Shown one piece after another: positions 31,378 through 41,765 of a stretch of DNA of 61,151 nucleotides (position 1 is the first letter of the stretch; each line of letters begins with the position of its first letter). The notes beneath the pieces are model-generated. The model did no database searches, was not told where the DNA came from, and saw only the letters and a program-made list of their open reading frames with translations. Origin of the DNA: a virus (taxonomy: Duplodnaviria > Caudoviricetes). The position numbers and the translations under genes are program-made. The stretch spans positions 1-61,151 of IMG/VR virus record IMGVR_UViG_3300025168_000089; one strand, given 5' to 3'.

Positions 31378-31770
31378 ATGTTAGGGCTACTTCTTAAACC
31401 TTTACTTGGTGTTGCAGGAGATATTGTAAAAGGTGTCGTTGATACAAAAAAAGCAAAAGCTGTACAGAAAATAACAAAAATTAAAGCAGAGACTGAGTTA
31501 TTAAATAAACAGATAGCAGGAGAAGTATCGTGGGAAGCATCAGCAGTGAATCAAATGAAAGGATCATGGAAAGATGAGGTAGCCCTTATTGTTTTGTTAG
31601 TCCCGGCAGTTTTGGTGTTCATTCCTGGAATGACTGAACATGTAGAAAAGGGGTTTATTGCATTACAGAAATTACCAACTTTTTATCAACACTTATTATA
31701 TATAGCGATTAGTGCTTCATTTGGTATAAAAGGTGTTGGCGGAGCAATGAAATTATTTAAGAAAAAATGA
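31378..31770 (+). CDS. holin (3TM-type)
   Basis: SWKDE followed by TM, ISASFGIKG motif; upstream of endolysin. Confidence 0.7.
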   Translation: MLGLLLKPLLGVAGDIVKGVVDTKKAKAVQKITKIKAETELLNKQIAGEVSWEASAVNQMKGSWKDEVALIVLLVPAVLVFIPGMTEHVEKGFIALQKLPTFYQHLLYIAISASFGIKGVGGAMKLFKKK

Positions 31771-31994
31771 CTCCAGAGAAATTATCAGCGTGGAGAATAT
31801 TTCCCCGTTTACTAATTACTTTATATGGCGTAGCTTTTTTTCGTACAACAGAGTGGTTTATGCAATTACCCGACCCTACGAATGCACAATCAGCTTTTGT
31901 ATCAGTAGTCGTTGGCGCAGGAGCAGCATGGTTTGGACTCTATGTAGGAGGAACTAAACATGCGAGTATTAAAATAGAAAATAAAGAAAAATGA
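31767..31994 (+). CDS. two-TM holin-like protein
   Basis: WRIFPRLL...WFM.LPDPT..QSAFVSVVVGA. Confidence 0.6.
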   Translation: MTPEKLSAWRIFPRLLITLYGVAFFRTTEWFMQLPDPTNAQSAFVSVVVGAGAAWFGLYVGGTKHASIKIENKEK

Positions 31995-32416
31995 ACTTAG
32001 AGGAAAGAATCAAGCATCATGAAGGGTATGTTAATACTGTATACAAAGATACTTTAGGTAAAAGAACAGTTGGTTGGGGACATCTTTGCCGAGATACTGA
32101 AACCTGGGAAGATGGTATTGAATATCCTAAAGATGTTCTTCAACACTATTTTGACATTGATTTTGATACTGCCATTTATGGAGCTGACAGTCTTTGTGGC
32201 AATATGGGTTTGCCTGAACGAGCTGAAGAAATTATTATTGAAATGTGTTTCCAATTAGGAACTACGGGAGTGTCTAAATTTAAAAATATGTTAAAAGGAT
32301 TAAAAGAAAAAGATTATAATAAAGCTGCGGATGAAATGTTAGATTCTAAATGGGCTAAACAAACACCAAATAGAGCTAAAGAATTAAGCGATATGATGCG
32401 TACTCATGAAAAATGA
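31991..32416 (+). CDS. endolysin, T4-lysozyme-like (GH24)
   Basis: HEG...VYKDTLGKRTVGWGHL (E-D-T triad), EMLDSKWAKQTPNRA. Confidence 0.92.
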   Translation: MNLEERIKHHEGYVNTVYKDTLGKRTVGWGHLCRDTETWEDGIEYPKDVLQHYFDIDFDTAIYGADSLCGNMGLPERAEEIIIEMCFQLGTTGVSKFKNMLKGLKEKDYNKAADEMLDSKWAKQTPNRAKELSDMMRTHEK

Positions 32417-32622
32417 AAAAAATAATGTTTAGCGTAGCACTAATTTCTGCTTTAAATATGTATGGATGTGGAATATATGATAATATGTCCATGAAACCCC
32501 ATAAAACTAGTGTCACAACAGTTTATGGACAGGATGAAGTGGATAAGGCAAATGATAATAAGGATCAAACAAAAGATTCAATGCAACTAACTATTAAGCA
32601 GGAGTTTTTATGGAAAGAATGA
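32413..32622 (+). CDS. small lipoprotein, o-spanin candidate
   Basis: MKK + hydrophobic stretch + YGC lipobox-like Cys, after endolysin. Confidence 0.5.
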   Translation: MKKIMFSVALISALNMYGCGIYDNMSMKPHKTSVTTVYGQDEVDKANDNKDQTKDSMQLTIKQEFLWKE

Positions 32623-32804
32623 TAATTGGAATTATAGCCTCCGCCCTTATTGGGCTTGGTGCATGGAATTTAAATCAGACTTTTAATCTCTCTATTGAAA
32701 TAGAAAATGTTAAAGGCAAGATTGATGTCTTGGAAAATAGCATTAAACAGATAAGCAAGAAGAAACATAAAAAAGGTTCATCAATAATGCAACAAAGTAA
32801 TTAA
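32610..32804 (+). CDS. TM plus coiled-coil protein, i-spanin candidate
   Basis: N-terminal TM followed by heptads. Confidence 0.45.
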   Translation: MERMIIGIIASALIGLGAWNLNQTFNLSIEIENVKGKIDVLENSIKQISKKKHKKGSSIMQQSN

Positions 32805-32968
32805 TGTCTATTGATTTCTATGATAAAATGAAAGAGGAAAAGGAGTTACTTGATATGTCAATGAAAGAATCCATTAGACAGAAAAAAGAAAGAACTCCAT
32901 CTGAAGAGATGCAGGATAAGTTAGAACCTATTCCTTGCCCAATGCATGAAGATTATGACGGTGAATAA
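32804..32968 (+). CDS. hypothetical protein (54 aa, not in ORF track)
   Basis: Own translation MSIDFYDKMKEEKELL...; fills gap exactly with TAATG couplings. Confidence 0.65.
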   Translation: MSIDFYDKMKEEKELLDMSMKESIRQKKERTPSEEMQDKLEPIPCPMHEDYDGE

Positions 32969-33375
32969 TGACTGAAAAATTGGATGTATCATCTAACACT
33001 AGTGTTAGTATGCCTATGCGTAATCTTATATCGATTCTCGCTGCCGTCGGAATCGGCGTCTACGCCTTTTTCGGAATACAAGAAAGGCTTAACAATGTTG
33101 AGACGAGAAACACACTTATGGAAGCCGACCTCGTCAAGAATACTGAATTTAGAATCAAATGGCCTCGTGGAGAGTTAGGACAATTGCCTGCCGATAGTGA
33201 GCAATATATGTTATTAGAATTTATGGCATCACAATTAGAAAGTATACAAACAGAAATGGAATCCATGATGTCAAATACTGTCAACATAAATTTTTTAAAA
33301 AAACAAGTTGAAAAATTACAAGAGGACGTGGAAAAAATAAAAGATAAAGTCAGAAACAATGGAGGAGATCACTAA
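32968..33375 (+). CDS. TM plus coiled-coil protein
   Basis: SMPMRNLI, TM, FRIKWPRGELG. Confidence 0.65.
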   Translation: MTEKLDVSSNTSVSMPMRNLISILAAVGIGVYAFFGIQERLNNVETRNTLMEADLVKNTEFRIKWPRGELGQLPADSEQYMLLEFMASQLESIQTEMESMMSNTVNINFLKKQVEKLQEDVEKIKDKVRNNGGDH

Positions 33376-33620
33376 TGGTTATAATGAAAGTAATAGCTCT
33401 CTGTATGTTTGTCAACGGATCGTTGGACGGGCATATGCTCGTTGAGGGAAACAACATATCAGAATGCTTAAAAATTAAGAGGGAGGCTGAGAGGAATTTA
33501 GCAGATAACCGTACTAATAGAATTAGATACGCATGTGGATTTGTAACAGCAGAATTAAAAGAGGATTTTGAAGGCAATCTTAAAATATATAAGATAGTTA
33601 AAGATAAGTATGAGGATTAA
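33375..33620 (+). CDS. hypothetical protein
   Basis: 81 aa, SECLKIKREAER, coupled. Confidence 0.6.
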   Translation: MVIMKVIALCMFVNGSLDGHMLVEGNNISECLKIKREAERNLADNRTNRIRYACGFVTAELKEDFEGNLKIYKIVKDKYED

Positions 33621-35086
33621 ATCCATTCTTTCCAATTATCTCCTGTAATTGTATTAGCTAAAGATTTTTTGTTTTTAAGACTACTAAATATTTTTTCATC
33701 TATAGTATTAGGAGTTACAAAATCAATATAAGTAACATTATTTTTTTGCCCAATTCTATGTGGTCTATCTTCTGATTGTAATCTTGCTTCTAAGTCATAA
33801 GTATTAGCATAATAAATTACAGTTTTAGCTGCAGTTAAAGTTATTCCATAACCTCCCATACGGGGATTAGCTATAATATATTTATAATAACCACTTTGAA
33901 AATCTTTTATAATTTGTTGTCTATCTTCAGATTTAGTTTCTCCAAAATAAGTAGCTACAGGGATTTTAAAATGTTCTTTTAATTTATTTTGAATTTCTTT
34001 TACTGACCTTTTATAATTAGCCCAAATGATTACTTGACCATCTGTTTCCTCTAAAACTTGAACTAATTCAGTCAATCTAGGATTACCTCCAGAAATTGTT
34101 TCTTCAGTACCGTCATCATGTTTAACAAATCCGCATAAGACTTGATGAAGTCTTAATAATCGAGTAATAACTAAAGGAGCTGTTATCGATTTTTCTTTAG
34201 CTAATTCAACGTAAGCTTTTTTACGCAAAGTTTCATATATTCTTTTTTGTTCTGGAGAAAAATCTATTTCTCTTTTTTGGTATAATTTATCAGGTAAATC
34301 AAGACAGTCATCTTTTGTTACTCTAAACATGTGTTCTTTAATTGAATCTTTAAGTTCATCTAAATTTTGATAATCAACTACTTCATGAAAAGTTTTCATA
34401 TTAATAGTTCTTCTACGCAAAACACAATATCTATTTCTAAATCCATAAAAACTACAATTTAAAACGTATTCAGATAAAAATGACATTTGAGTATAAATAT
34501 CAATAGGACTTTGAGTAATAGGAGTTCCTGTTAATACTCTCCTAAATTTAGACTGTTTAGATAACTTTAAAATATTTTTAGTTCTTCTCGCAGTGCGATG
34601 TTTAATGGTACTTGACTCATCAACAACTACTAAAGACTTATGTACATTAAGAAAACGTTGAGTATAATTCAGTCCTTTTGTTGTACTAAAAGCCTCTACA
34701 TTAATAATAAATATTTTTAATTTATGTGTATCTTCCCTTAAAAAATCTTTTAATCTTTTAATATTAGATTTAGTTTCAACGGGTTTCCAAAGTTCTAAAT
34801 GAGAGTATTCCATAACATCATCGGGCATATGAATTGGAATCTCAGCTTGTTCCCAATTTCTATAAACACCTTTAGGCGCTATAATAACTGCAGAATTAAT
34901 TTCGCCCTTTCTATATAGATAAGCTATATTATCTACTATAACTTTAGATTTACCAGTACCCTGTTCCATAAATAAAGCATAGTATTCTTTATCCCTACTT
35001 ATATTAAAAGCATCAAGTTGATGTTTAAATGGTTCAGTTTTAAACTTAAAGTCCTTAACTTTATCGTCACTAAATATGATTTTCAT
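33617..35086 (-). CDS. SNF2-family (SF2) helicase
   Basis: MEQGTGKS, VVDES, LTGTP, GYGITLTAA, QSEDRPHRIGQ. Confidence 0.92.
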   Translation of the reverse strand: MKIIFSDDKVKDFKFKTEPFKHQLDAFNISRDKEYYALFMEQGTGKSKVIVDNIAYLYRKGEINSAVIIAPKGVYRNWEQAEIPIHMPDDVMEYSHLELWKPVETKSNIKRLKDFLREDTHKLKIFIINVEAFSTTKGLNYTQRFLNVHKSLVVVDESSTIKHRTARRTKNILKLSKQSKFRRVLTGTPITQSPIDIYTQMSFLSEYVLNCSFYGFRNRYCVLRRRTINMKTFHEVVDYQNLDELKDSIKEHMFRVTKDDCLDLPDKLYQKREIDFSPEQKRIYETLRKKAYVELAKEKSITAPLVITRLLRLHQVLCGFVKHDDGTEETISGGNPRLTELVQVLEETDGQVIIWANYKRSVKEIQNKLKEHFKIPVATYFGETKSEDRQQIIKDFQSGYYKYIIANPRMGGYGITLTAAKTVIYYANTYDLEARLQSEDRPHRIGQKNNVTYIDFVTPNTIDEKIFSSLKNKKSLANTITGDNWKEWI

Positions 35087-35163
35087 TTTTTACTTTCTTT
35101 AAAAATTTAATTATATATAAAGAATTATTATTATAAAGTAAAATTTTAATAGAAAGGAAAGAA
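35087..35163. promoter_or_regulatory. divergent promoter region
   Basis: Very AT-rich gap between divergent genes; AGAAAGGA SD on plus strand, AAGAAAG on minus. Confidence 0.55.
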
Positions 35164-35505
35164 ATGAAAAAAGGTAAAGTATATGTTGTTCAAGAGAATC
35201 CTAAGTTTAGTGTTCTTACTGCTGGGCAATATGGAGAATTAAGTGTTCTACTTCCTTTTGGATCTCAAGTAGTTTTAAGCGTAGCTCCTACATTACATCT
35301 AATTAGAAAAAAGTTAAGAGATTTTTCTGATGACGATTATATCGTTGCTATCGGCGACCCTACTGCAATAGCTATTGCATGTATGGTAGCAGGAGAAGTA
35401 AATAGAGGTGTAGTTAATATGCTTAAATGGGATAAAAGAGAAAAGATGTATTATCCCGTACAAATAGATTTGACTGGAAGAAAGGAGAGAGAGAAAAATG
35501 GCTGA
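35164..35505 (+). CDS. hypothetical protein
   Basis: KVYVVQE, AGQYGEL, DDYIVAIGDP, LKWD. Confidence 0.7.
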   Translation: MKKGKVYVVQENPKFSVLTAGQYGELSVLLPFGSQVVLSVAPTLHLIRKKLRDFSDDDYIVAIGDPTAIAIACMVAGEVNRGVVNMLKWDKREKMYYPVQIDLTGRKEREKNG

Positions 35506-36079
35506 TGTAGATATTTTTCAATCGCTAGAACAAGATGCGAAACGTCAAAAGGAAATTCCTAATGACGAAAAGTTTAAACAACTCAATACACTTGCAAAAC
35601 GTTTTATTGATACTAAAGACGATATTTCTGTAGCAGAAGAAAACGTAAGTAAGTTAAAAGAGAGTTTAAAACAAATCAAGGAGAATGACCTCCCTGATAT
35701 GATGAGTTCTTTAAATATGGATCAATTTAAGTTGACAGATGGTACAGTTATCTCTATAAAAGATGACGTATTCGCTTCAATTAAATCTGATAAAAATGTC
35801 GAAGCATTACAATGGCTTGACGATAATGGATTAGGAGATATTATTAAGCATAAAATCTCTGTATCTTTTAATCGTGGAGAACACGAAGATGCTGAGAAGT
35901 TTAAAGAATTTTTTGGCAAATCATTTAAACAAGAGTTAGATGAGAAGTCAACAGTCCATCCTCAAACATTAAAAGCGACAGCTAAAGAAATGGTGCATAG
36001 TGGCCAGAATTTACCTGATACACTTTTCAATGTATATGAGGCTAAGATTGCTAACGTGAAAATACCGAAAGGAGAATAA
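35498..36079 (+). CDS. replication-module hypothetical protein
   Basis: Coiled coil then WLDDNGLGDIIK, VHPQTLKA. Confidence 0.7.
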   Translation: MADVDIFQSLEQDAKRQKEIPNDEKFKQLNTLAKRFIDTKDDISVAEENVSKLKESLKQIKENDLPDMMSSLNMDQFKLTDGTVISIKDDVFASIKSDKNVEALQWLDDNGLGDIIKHKISVSFNRGEHEDAEKFKEFFGKSFKQELDEKSTVHPQTLKATAKEMVHSGQNLPDTLFNVYEAKIANVKIPKGE

Positions 36080-36080
36080 A

Positions 36081-36839
36081 ATGGCTGATACACAAGTAGC
36101 GAAGAAAGAAAACTCAGCACTGAGTATTCCTGCAGAGGATTTACTCGCTGATGTTGGAAGAGGACTTGAAAAAGTTTCTTCTGACGATATGACGATACCG
36201 AGGTTAGCTATCATACAAAGTGGTAGTCCTCAACGAAAAAAGAAAGACGATAAATATATAGAGAACGCAGATGAGGGAATGGTATTCAATACTGTTTCTA
36301 ATGCTCTATACAAAGATACTTTCTATGTAGTACCGTGCGAATTTGAGAAATTATTTATCGAATGGATACCACGAGAGAGTGGAGGTGGTTTAGTGACGAT
36401 GTACAACACCTCTAATAAACCGCAGGCAAAAAAAGAAGAAAATGGCAGACGTTTTTTATTGGAAAATGGTAATCAATTAGTTGATACTGCTCAACATTAC
36501 GTTATGGTAATTGGTAAAGATGGTTCATATGAACCAGCAGTTATGTCAATGTCATCTTCTTTATTAACAGTGTCTCGTAATTGGGTAACTCGTATGAAGT
36601 TACAACGAGAAAATGTTAATGGAAAGTTAATCGAGCCACCTACTTTTTATTACAAGTGGCCAATAACTACAATTGAGAAAACAAACTCAGATGGCTCGTG
36701 GTTTATTTATAAAATAGGAAACCCTGAACCTGTAGGAGATGCTGATTTATATCAAGCAGCGAGAAGTTTATCCGATTCTGTAAGAAAAGGAGTAGCTACT
36801 GCTGATGTGAATACTGATAACGATAATATACAATTTTAA
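36081..36839 (+). CDS. single-stranded DNA-binding protein-like
   Basis: IPRLAIIQSGSPQ, IEWIPRESGGG; acidic tail ending in Phe (DNDNIQF). Confidence 0.6.
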   Translation: MADTQVAKKENSALSIPAEDLLADVGRGLEKVSSDDMTIPRLAIIQSGSPQRKKKDDKYIENADEGMVFNTVSNALYKDTFYVVPCEFEKLFIEWIPRESGGGLVTMYNTSNKPQAKKEENGRRFLLENGNQLVDTAQHYVMVIGKDGSYEPAVMSMSSSLLTVSRNWVTRMKLQRENVNGKLIEPPTFYYKWPITTIEKTNSDGSWFIYKIGNPEPVGDADLYQAARSLSDSVRKGVATADVNTDNDNIQF

Positions 36840-38339
36840 ATGTTATCTCAAGAGTTCTTTGACTTATTTAAAGGTCTTGAGCGTGCTCATGGCCGTTACG
36901 ATTTAGCTACAGAAAATCAAGGCGGCCAAAAGCAAGGGGGAACTGCACGTACAGTTCAAGAAACACTTACTTTACATGAATGGGAATTACATTTAAAAGG
37001 TGAAAGAGGTCTTGGTGTTATACCTATTCGTGATGATAATAAAGTTTATTGGGGAGCAATAGACATTGATGTATACGACTTAAATTTAGAAGAATTTAGC
37101 AAGAGCCTCAGCTCATCACCAATTATACCATGTAGGACTAAGAGTGGAGGATTACATTTATACGTTTTTTTTAAAGAATCAATATTAGCTAAAAGTGTAG
37201 TTCCTAAATTAAGAGAAATAGCTACATTATTAGGATATGCGAGTGCAGAGATATTTCCTAAACAAATTAAAATAATATCTGAAAGAGGAGATGTTGGTAA
37301 TTGGATAAATATGCCATATTTTGGAGGAGAATTTTCTACTCGATATGCTTTTTATAATGGTAAAAGATTAACTTTAAAAGAATTTATAAAGACTGCTCAA
37401 AGTAATAAATTAAGTAATATAAATGAAATTAAGATTCCTAATTTTAAAAAAGAAAATAATGAATTATTACCCGATGGTCCTCCGTGTTTACAATATTTAG
37501 TTAAAACAGGAATACCTGCAGGATCAAGAAACAACGCCTTATATAATTTAGGCGTATATGCAAAAAAAGCTTATGCAAATGATTGGGAAGAAAAATTAGA
37601 TGATTATAACTTAAACTTTTTAAATCCTCCATTAAAATCGAGAGAAGTTCAAACTGTTATAAGTTCTTTAAATAAAAGGTCTTATAATTATATGTGTAGT
37701 GAACCTCCTATTCAACCCTTTTGTAATAGGTCGTTATGTGTATCTCGTAAGTTTGGAATATCAGAGAATGGTACTATGCCGAGAATAAGTGGAATAACTA
37801 AAATAGTAACAGAACCTCCTACTTACTTTTTAACTGTAGATGATTTAAGAATTGGACCATTAGAATCAATAGATATTCTTAATCAAAAAAACTTTCAACG
37901 TGTGGTATTTGAGCATATAGATAAAGCTATTCCTTTAGTTTCTCCTCATCTATGGATTGAAATAATGAACGATTTAATTGCTAAAGTAGAGATAGTTGAA
38001 GCAACTGACGATTCATCTAATAAAGGAAGATTATGGGAATTATGCGAAAGATTCTGCACTGGATCAAGTTCGTCCGATGCTATGGAAGATATATTAAGAG
38101 GTCAATCCGTTACTATTAAAGGTGAAACCATGTTTAGAATTAATGATTTTATGGAATTTCTTGAGAAACATAGATTCAAAGAATTTAAATTACATGAAAT
38201 TACTGCTCATCTTAAAGAAAGAGGTGCTAAACATAGCCCTAAAAAAGTAAAAGGAAAGCATGTTAATATTTGGGTTATTCCAGAATTTGAAAAACAAAAA
38301 GAAGATTTTACGGAGCCAAACATCGAGGAGGTATTTTAA
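36840..38339 (+). CDS. primase-polymerase (AEP) with PriCT-like domain
   Basis: WGAIDID, RTKSGGLHLY, INMPY, GPPCL, GSRNNAL. Confidence 0.85.
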   Translation: MLSQEFFDLFKGLERAHGRYDLATENQGGQKQGGTARTVQETLTLHEWELHLKGERGLGVIPIRDDNKVYWGAIDIDVYDLNLEEFSKSLSSSPIIPCRTKSGGLHLYVFFKESILAKSVVPKLREIATLLGYASAEIFPKQIKIISERGDVGNWINMPYFGGEFSTRYAFYNGKRLTLKEFIKTAQSNKLSNINEIKIPNFKKENNELLPDGPPCLQYLVKTGIPAGSRNNALYNLGVYAKKAYANDWEEKLDDYNLNFLNPPLKSREVQTVISSLNKRSYNYMCSEPPIQPFCNRSLCVSRKFGISENGTMPRISGITKIVTEPPTYFLTVDDLRIGPLESIDILNQKNFQRVVFEHIDKAIPLVSPHLWIEIMNDLIAKVEIVEATDDSSNKGRLWELCERFCTGSSSSDAMEDILRGQSVTIKGETMFRINDFMEFLEKHRFKEFKLHEITAHLKERGAKHSPKKVKGKHVNIWVIPEFEKQKEDFTEPNIEEVF

Positions 38340-38515
38340 TGAGCGATGATAAAAAAGTAGTAGATGTAGTAGTGAAAATCAAAGGAATTTCATTATTCGG
38401 AGAAAATAATCCTAAAGATAATTTTCAAAAATATTATAAAGAATTTTTAGATAAAGGATTAACACCAGCTGAAGCTGAAAGATTAACTAAACAAAAATTG
38501 GAGAATAAACAATGA
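38339..38515 (+). CDS. hypothetical protein (58 aa, not in ORF track)
   Basis: GAGGAGG SD; MSDDKKVVDV...; coupled both sides. Confidence 0.7.
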   Translation: MSDDKKVVDVVVKIKGISLFGENNPKDNFQKYYKEFLDKGLTPAEAERLTKQKLENKQ

Positions 38516-39300
38516 AATATTTATTTTTTGACGTAGAAACAACTGGGTTATGGAAAAGAGATTTAGAAGCAACTGATCCTAAACAACCTAAAATAGTTCA
38601 AATTGCTGCTCAATTAACTGACAAAGATGAGAAAGTTTACGCACAATTAGCTTGTATAGTACAACCAGATAAATGGTCTATACCTAAAGAAGCTGAAGAT
38701 ATTCATAAAATAAGTGATAATATAGCTTTGCAATATGGTGTTCCTCTGATAAATGTATTAGGAATGTTTAATTCTCTAGCAGCACAAGCTGACGTATTAG
38801 TGGCTCACAATACATCATTTGATTTACAGATGGTATTAAGAGAATTTAATGCGATAGGAAAAAGTTTTAGGATTCCTAAAGAGCAACATTGTACGATGAT
38901 GACTGCTAAAGATATTTTAAAATTAGAAAGTAATTTTAATGACTATAAATTTCCTAAACTAGAAGAAACATATAAACATTTTTTAGGAGCAGGAGGATAT
39001 CATAATTGGCACGATGCTCTTACTGATATTATTATATGCCGAATAATCTACTTCCACATGAAAGCGAAAGGAATAAAAATGGAAAAACCACGTGCAATGC
39101 CTAAAGCATTAATTAAAAATTTGGACGAAAAAATATACAAAGAGTTTTTAAATCTTATAAAATTTATTAAAGAAGATACTTTAAATGATTGGGAAAAAGG
39201 TTTTCTTAAAGACCAAAAAGAAAGACATGAGAAATATAAAGAAAAAATACTTATGAGCGATAAACAAATGAATATATTAAGAAAGTTTAAAGATAAATGA
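38512..39300 (+). CDS. DEDDh 3'-5' exonuclease (DnaQ-like)
   Basis: FDVETTG, AHNTSFD, HDALTD. Confidence 0.9.
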   Translation: MKYLFFDVETTGLWKRDLEATDPKQPKIVQIAAQLTDKDEKVYAQLACIVQPDKWSIPKEAEDIHKISDNIALQYGVPLINVLGMFNSLAAQADVLVAHNTSFDLQMVLREFNAIGKSFRIPKEQHCTMMTAKDILKLESNFNDYKFPKLEETYKHFLGAGGYHNWHDALTDIIICRIIYFHMKAKGIKMEKPRAMPKALIKNLDEKIYKEFLNLIKFIKEDTLNDWEKGFLKDQKERHEKYKEKILMSDKQMNILRKFKDK

Positions 39301-40259
39301 GAGTATTAGTAACAGGTTGCGCTGGTTTTGTAGGATCACATCTTACAGAACATTTAGTTAATAGAGGAGATACTGTTTACGGTATAGATAATTTATTAAC
39401 AGGGCAAGAAAAAAATATAGGAAATTTGCATAGTTTTATAGAAGCAGATATTAGTAAAACTAATGATATGAAAGATATTATAAAACAAATTATAAATGAA
39501 GGACCTATTGATTTAATTTATAATTTAGCATGTCCTGCAAGTCCTGATCACTATATAAAACATTCTCTTAAAACTTTAGATACTTGTTATTTAGGAACTA
39601 AAAATATTTTAGATGCTGCGTTTTTAACAAATTCTATGGTCATACACACATCTACTTCAGAAGTATATGGAAACCCAGATCATAGCCCTCAAGAAGAAGA
39701 TTATTACGGAAGTGTAAATTCTTTTGGACCACGAGCATGTTATGATGAGGGTAAAAGAGTAGCAGAAGCACTTATCTATGAATATATTCGTTTATATAGA
39801 TTAGATATTAAAATAGCAAGATTATTTAATACTTATGGACCTCGTATGGCTGTTAATGATGGTAGAGTTATATCTAATTTTATTTGCGCTGCTTTAGAAA
39901 ATAAAGAATTATTATTATATGGCAATGGGCTTCAATCTCGTTCTTTTTGTTATGTATCAGATACAATACACGCTTTATTAGGGCTTGCAGAAACTACAAA
40001 ATTAAATAAACCAGTTAATATTGGCAACCCAGATGAAAAAACAATTTATAATATTGCTGAATTAATAATTGCAATGACTGATTCTAAATCAGGAATCATG
40101 ACAGTTGCACATAAAAAAGACGACCCTTTACAAAGATGTCCTAATATAGAAAGAATTAATATGTTATTAAATTGGAAACCAGAAATAACTTTAACAGAAG
40201 GACTAAAGAAAACCATAGAGTATTTTAGAAAATGTTTAATAAAGAAAACACCAACGTAA
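39297..40259 (+). CDS. uxs: UDP-glucuronate decarboxylase (UDP-xylose synthase), extended SDR
   Basis: GCAGFVG, LACPASP, TSTSEVYG, GPRACYDEGKRVAE, FNTYGPRM..DGRVISNF. Confidence 0.85.
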   Translation: MRVLVTGCAGFVGSHLTEHLVNRGDTVYGIDNLLTGQEKNIGNLHSFIEADISKTNDMKDIIKQIINEGPIDLIYNLACPASPDHYIKHSLKTLDTCYLGTKNILDAAFLTNSMVIHTSTSEVYGNPDHSPQEEDYYGSVNSFGPRACYDEGKRVAEALIYEYIRLYRLDIKIARLFNTYGPRMAVNDGRVISNFICAALENKELLLYGNGLQSRSFCYVSDTIHALLGLAETTKLNKPVNIGNPDEKTIYNIAELIIAMTDSKSGIMTVAHKKDDPLQRCPNIERINMLLNWKPEITLTEGLKKTIEYFRKCLIKKTPT

Positions 40260-41764
40260 TATTAGGTCCTCCTGGGACTGGTAAAACTACTTCATTACTT
40301 AATAAGCTTGAAGCAGAAATAGAGGCAGGAGTTAAACCTCGCACTATTGGATTTGTGAGTTTTACTCGCAGAGCCATTAAAGAATCACGAGAAAGAACTA
40401 TTTCTCGTTTTGATATTAATGAAGAAACAGATTTAGATTATTTTAGAACACTTCATAGTATTTGTTTTCGTTCTTTAGGATTAAATGGAAAACAAATATT
40501 TAAAGGAAGTCACGTTACTGAATTTAAAAAACTTTTAAAAATAGATATGTCAGGTGGAGTAGAAGAAGATGAAATAGTCACATCGGGAATAAAGATTGGC
40601 GATAAAATGTTATTTTGTGACCAATTAGCTAGAGCAATGATGAAACCTTTAAGAGATACTTGGAGAAGTTTAGATTGTGAATATTCATGGAAAGAACAAG
40701 AATTATTTTCTAATACATTTAGAAAGTTTAAAGAAAAAAGAGGACTATCTGATTTCACTGATATGCTTATAACTTTCTTAAAAGAAGGTGTAGCACCTCC
40801 ATTAAAAGTTTTATTTGTTGATGAGGCACAAGATTTAACGATACTTCAATGGAAAGTAGTGAGTAAATTAGTTGAGAATTGCGATAGATTATATATCGCA
40901 GGAGATGATGATCAAACTATTTATAAATGGGCGGGTGCTGATATTGATACATTTCTAAATCTTAAAGGTAATATAGAAGTGCTTCCTTATAGTTATAGAT
41001 TACCTTCTAAAGTTTATGATTTAGCAATCGAGATTAGCTCACGTATAAAAAACAGATTTGCAAAAGAATGGAAAAGCAGAAAAGAAGAAGGTACTGTTAA
41101 TTATGTATCTGCTATAGAATATATAGACATGAAAGAAGGACCATGGCTCATCCTCTCTCGATATAATTATCAACTTTATTCAATTCAAAAATTTTTAAAA
41201 ACTCAAGGATTTGTGTTTGAAAACAAGTACGGAGGGTTTAAAGCTAATAAGCATGTTCAAGGAATTAGAGCATGGAAAAAACTTATGAATAAAGAAAAAA
41301 TTGTATATGAAGAAATAAAAAAACTATATTCTTGTTTACGAACAGGAAGTGGTATAGAAAGAGGATTTAAGAATTTAAAAACTATTGACGGAGATATAAT
41401 TAATTATCATAAAGAAGAATTTGATTTAGAAAGTTTAAGAATGCACCATGGGCTAAAAGCTAAAGGTAAATGGCAAGAAGCATTAGAGATGATTCCAGAA
41501 GAAGATAAATATTATTATGAAGCTTTAGAAAAAACTGGAGATATAAATGAAGATAGTCCACGAATACGATTAAGTACGATACATGGAAGTAAAGGAGCAG
41601 AAGCTGATAACGTAGTATTACTCACTGATGTTTCTTATAAAACTTGGAAGAATTTAGTTAAAGATGACGATGATGAGCATCGTGTTTTTTATGTAGGAAT
41701 TACACGAGTAAAAAATAATTTATTTATTGTAAATCCTCAAACTGAATATAGTTATAGGATATAA
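40232..41764 (+). CDS. UvrD/Rep-like SF1 helicase
   Basis: GPPGTGKT, TLHS, VDEAQD, GDDDQTIY, STIHGSKGAE, YVGITR. Confidence 0.92.
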   Translation: MFNKENTNVILGPPGTGKTTSLLNKLEAEIEAGVKPRTIGFVSFTRRAIKESRERTISRFDINEETDLDYFRTLHSICFRSLGLNGKQIFKGSHVTEFKKLLKIDMSGGVEEDEIVTSGIKIGDKMLFCDQLARAMMKPLRDTWRSLDCEYSWKEQELFSNTFRKFKEKRGLSDFTDMLITFLKEGVAPPLKVLFVDEAQDLTILQWKVVSKLVENCDRLYIAGDDDQTIYKWAGADIDTFLNLKGNIEVLPYSYRLPSKVYDLAIEISSRIKNRFAKEWKSRKEEGTVNYVSAIEYIDMKEGPWLILSRYNYQLYSIQKFLKTQGFVFENKYGGFKANKHVQGIRAWKKLMNKEKIVYEEIKKLYSCLRTGSGIERGFKNLKTIDGDIINYHKEEFDLESLRMHHGLKAKGKWQEALEMIPEEDKYYYEALEKTGDINEDSPRIRLSTIHGSKGAEADNVVLLTDVSYKTWKNLVKDDDDEHRVFYVGITRVKNNLFIVNPQTEYSYRI

Positions 41765-41765
41765 T

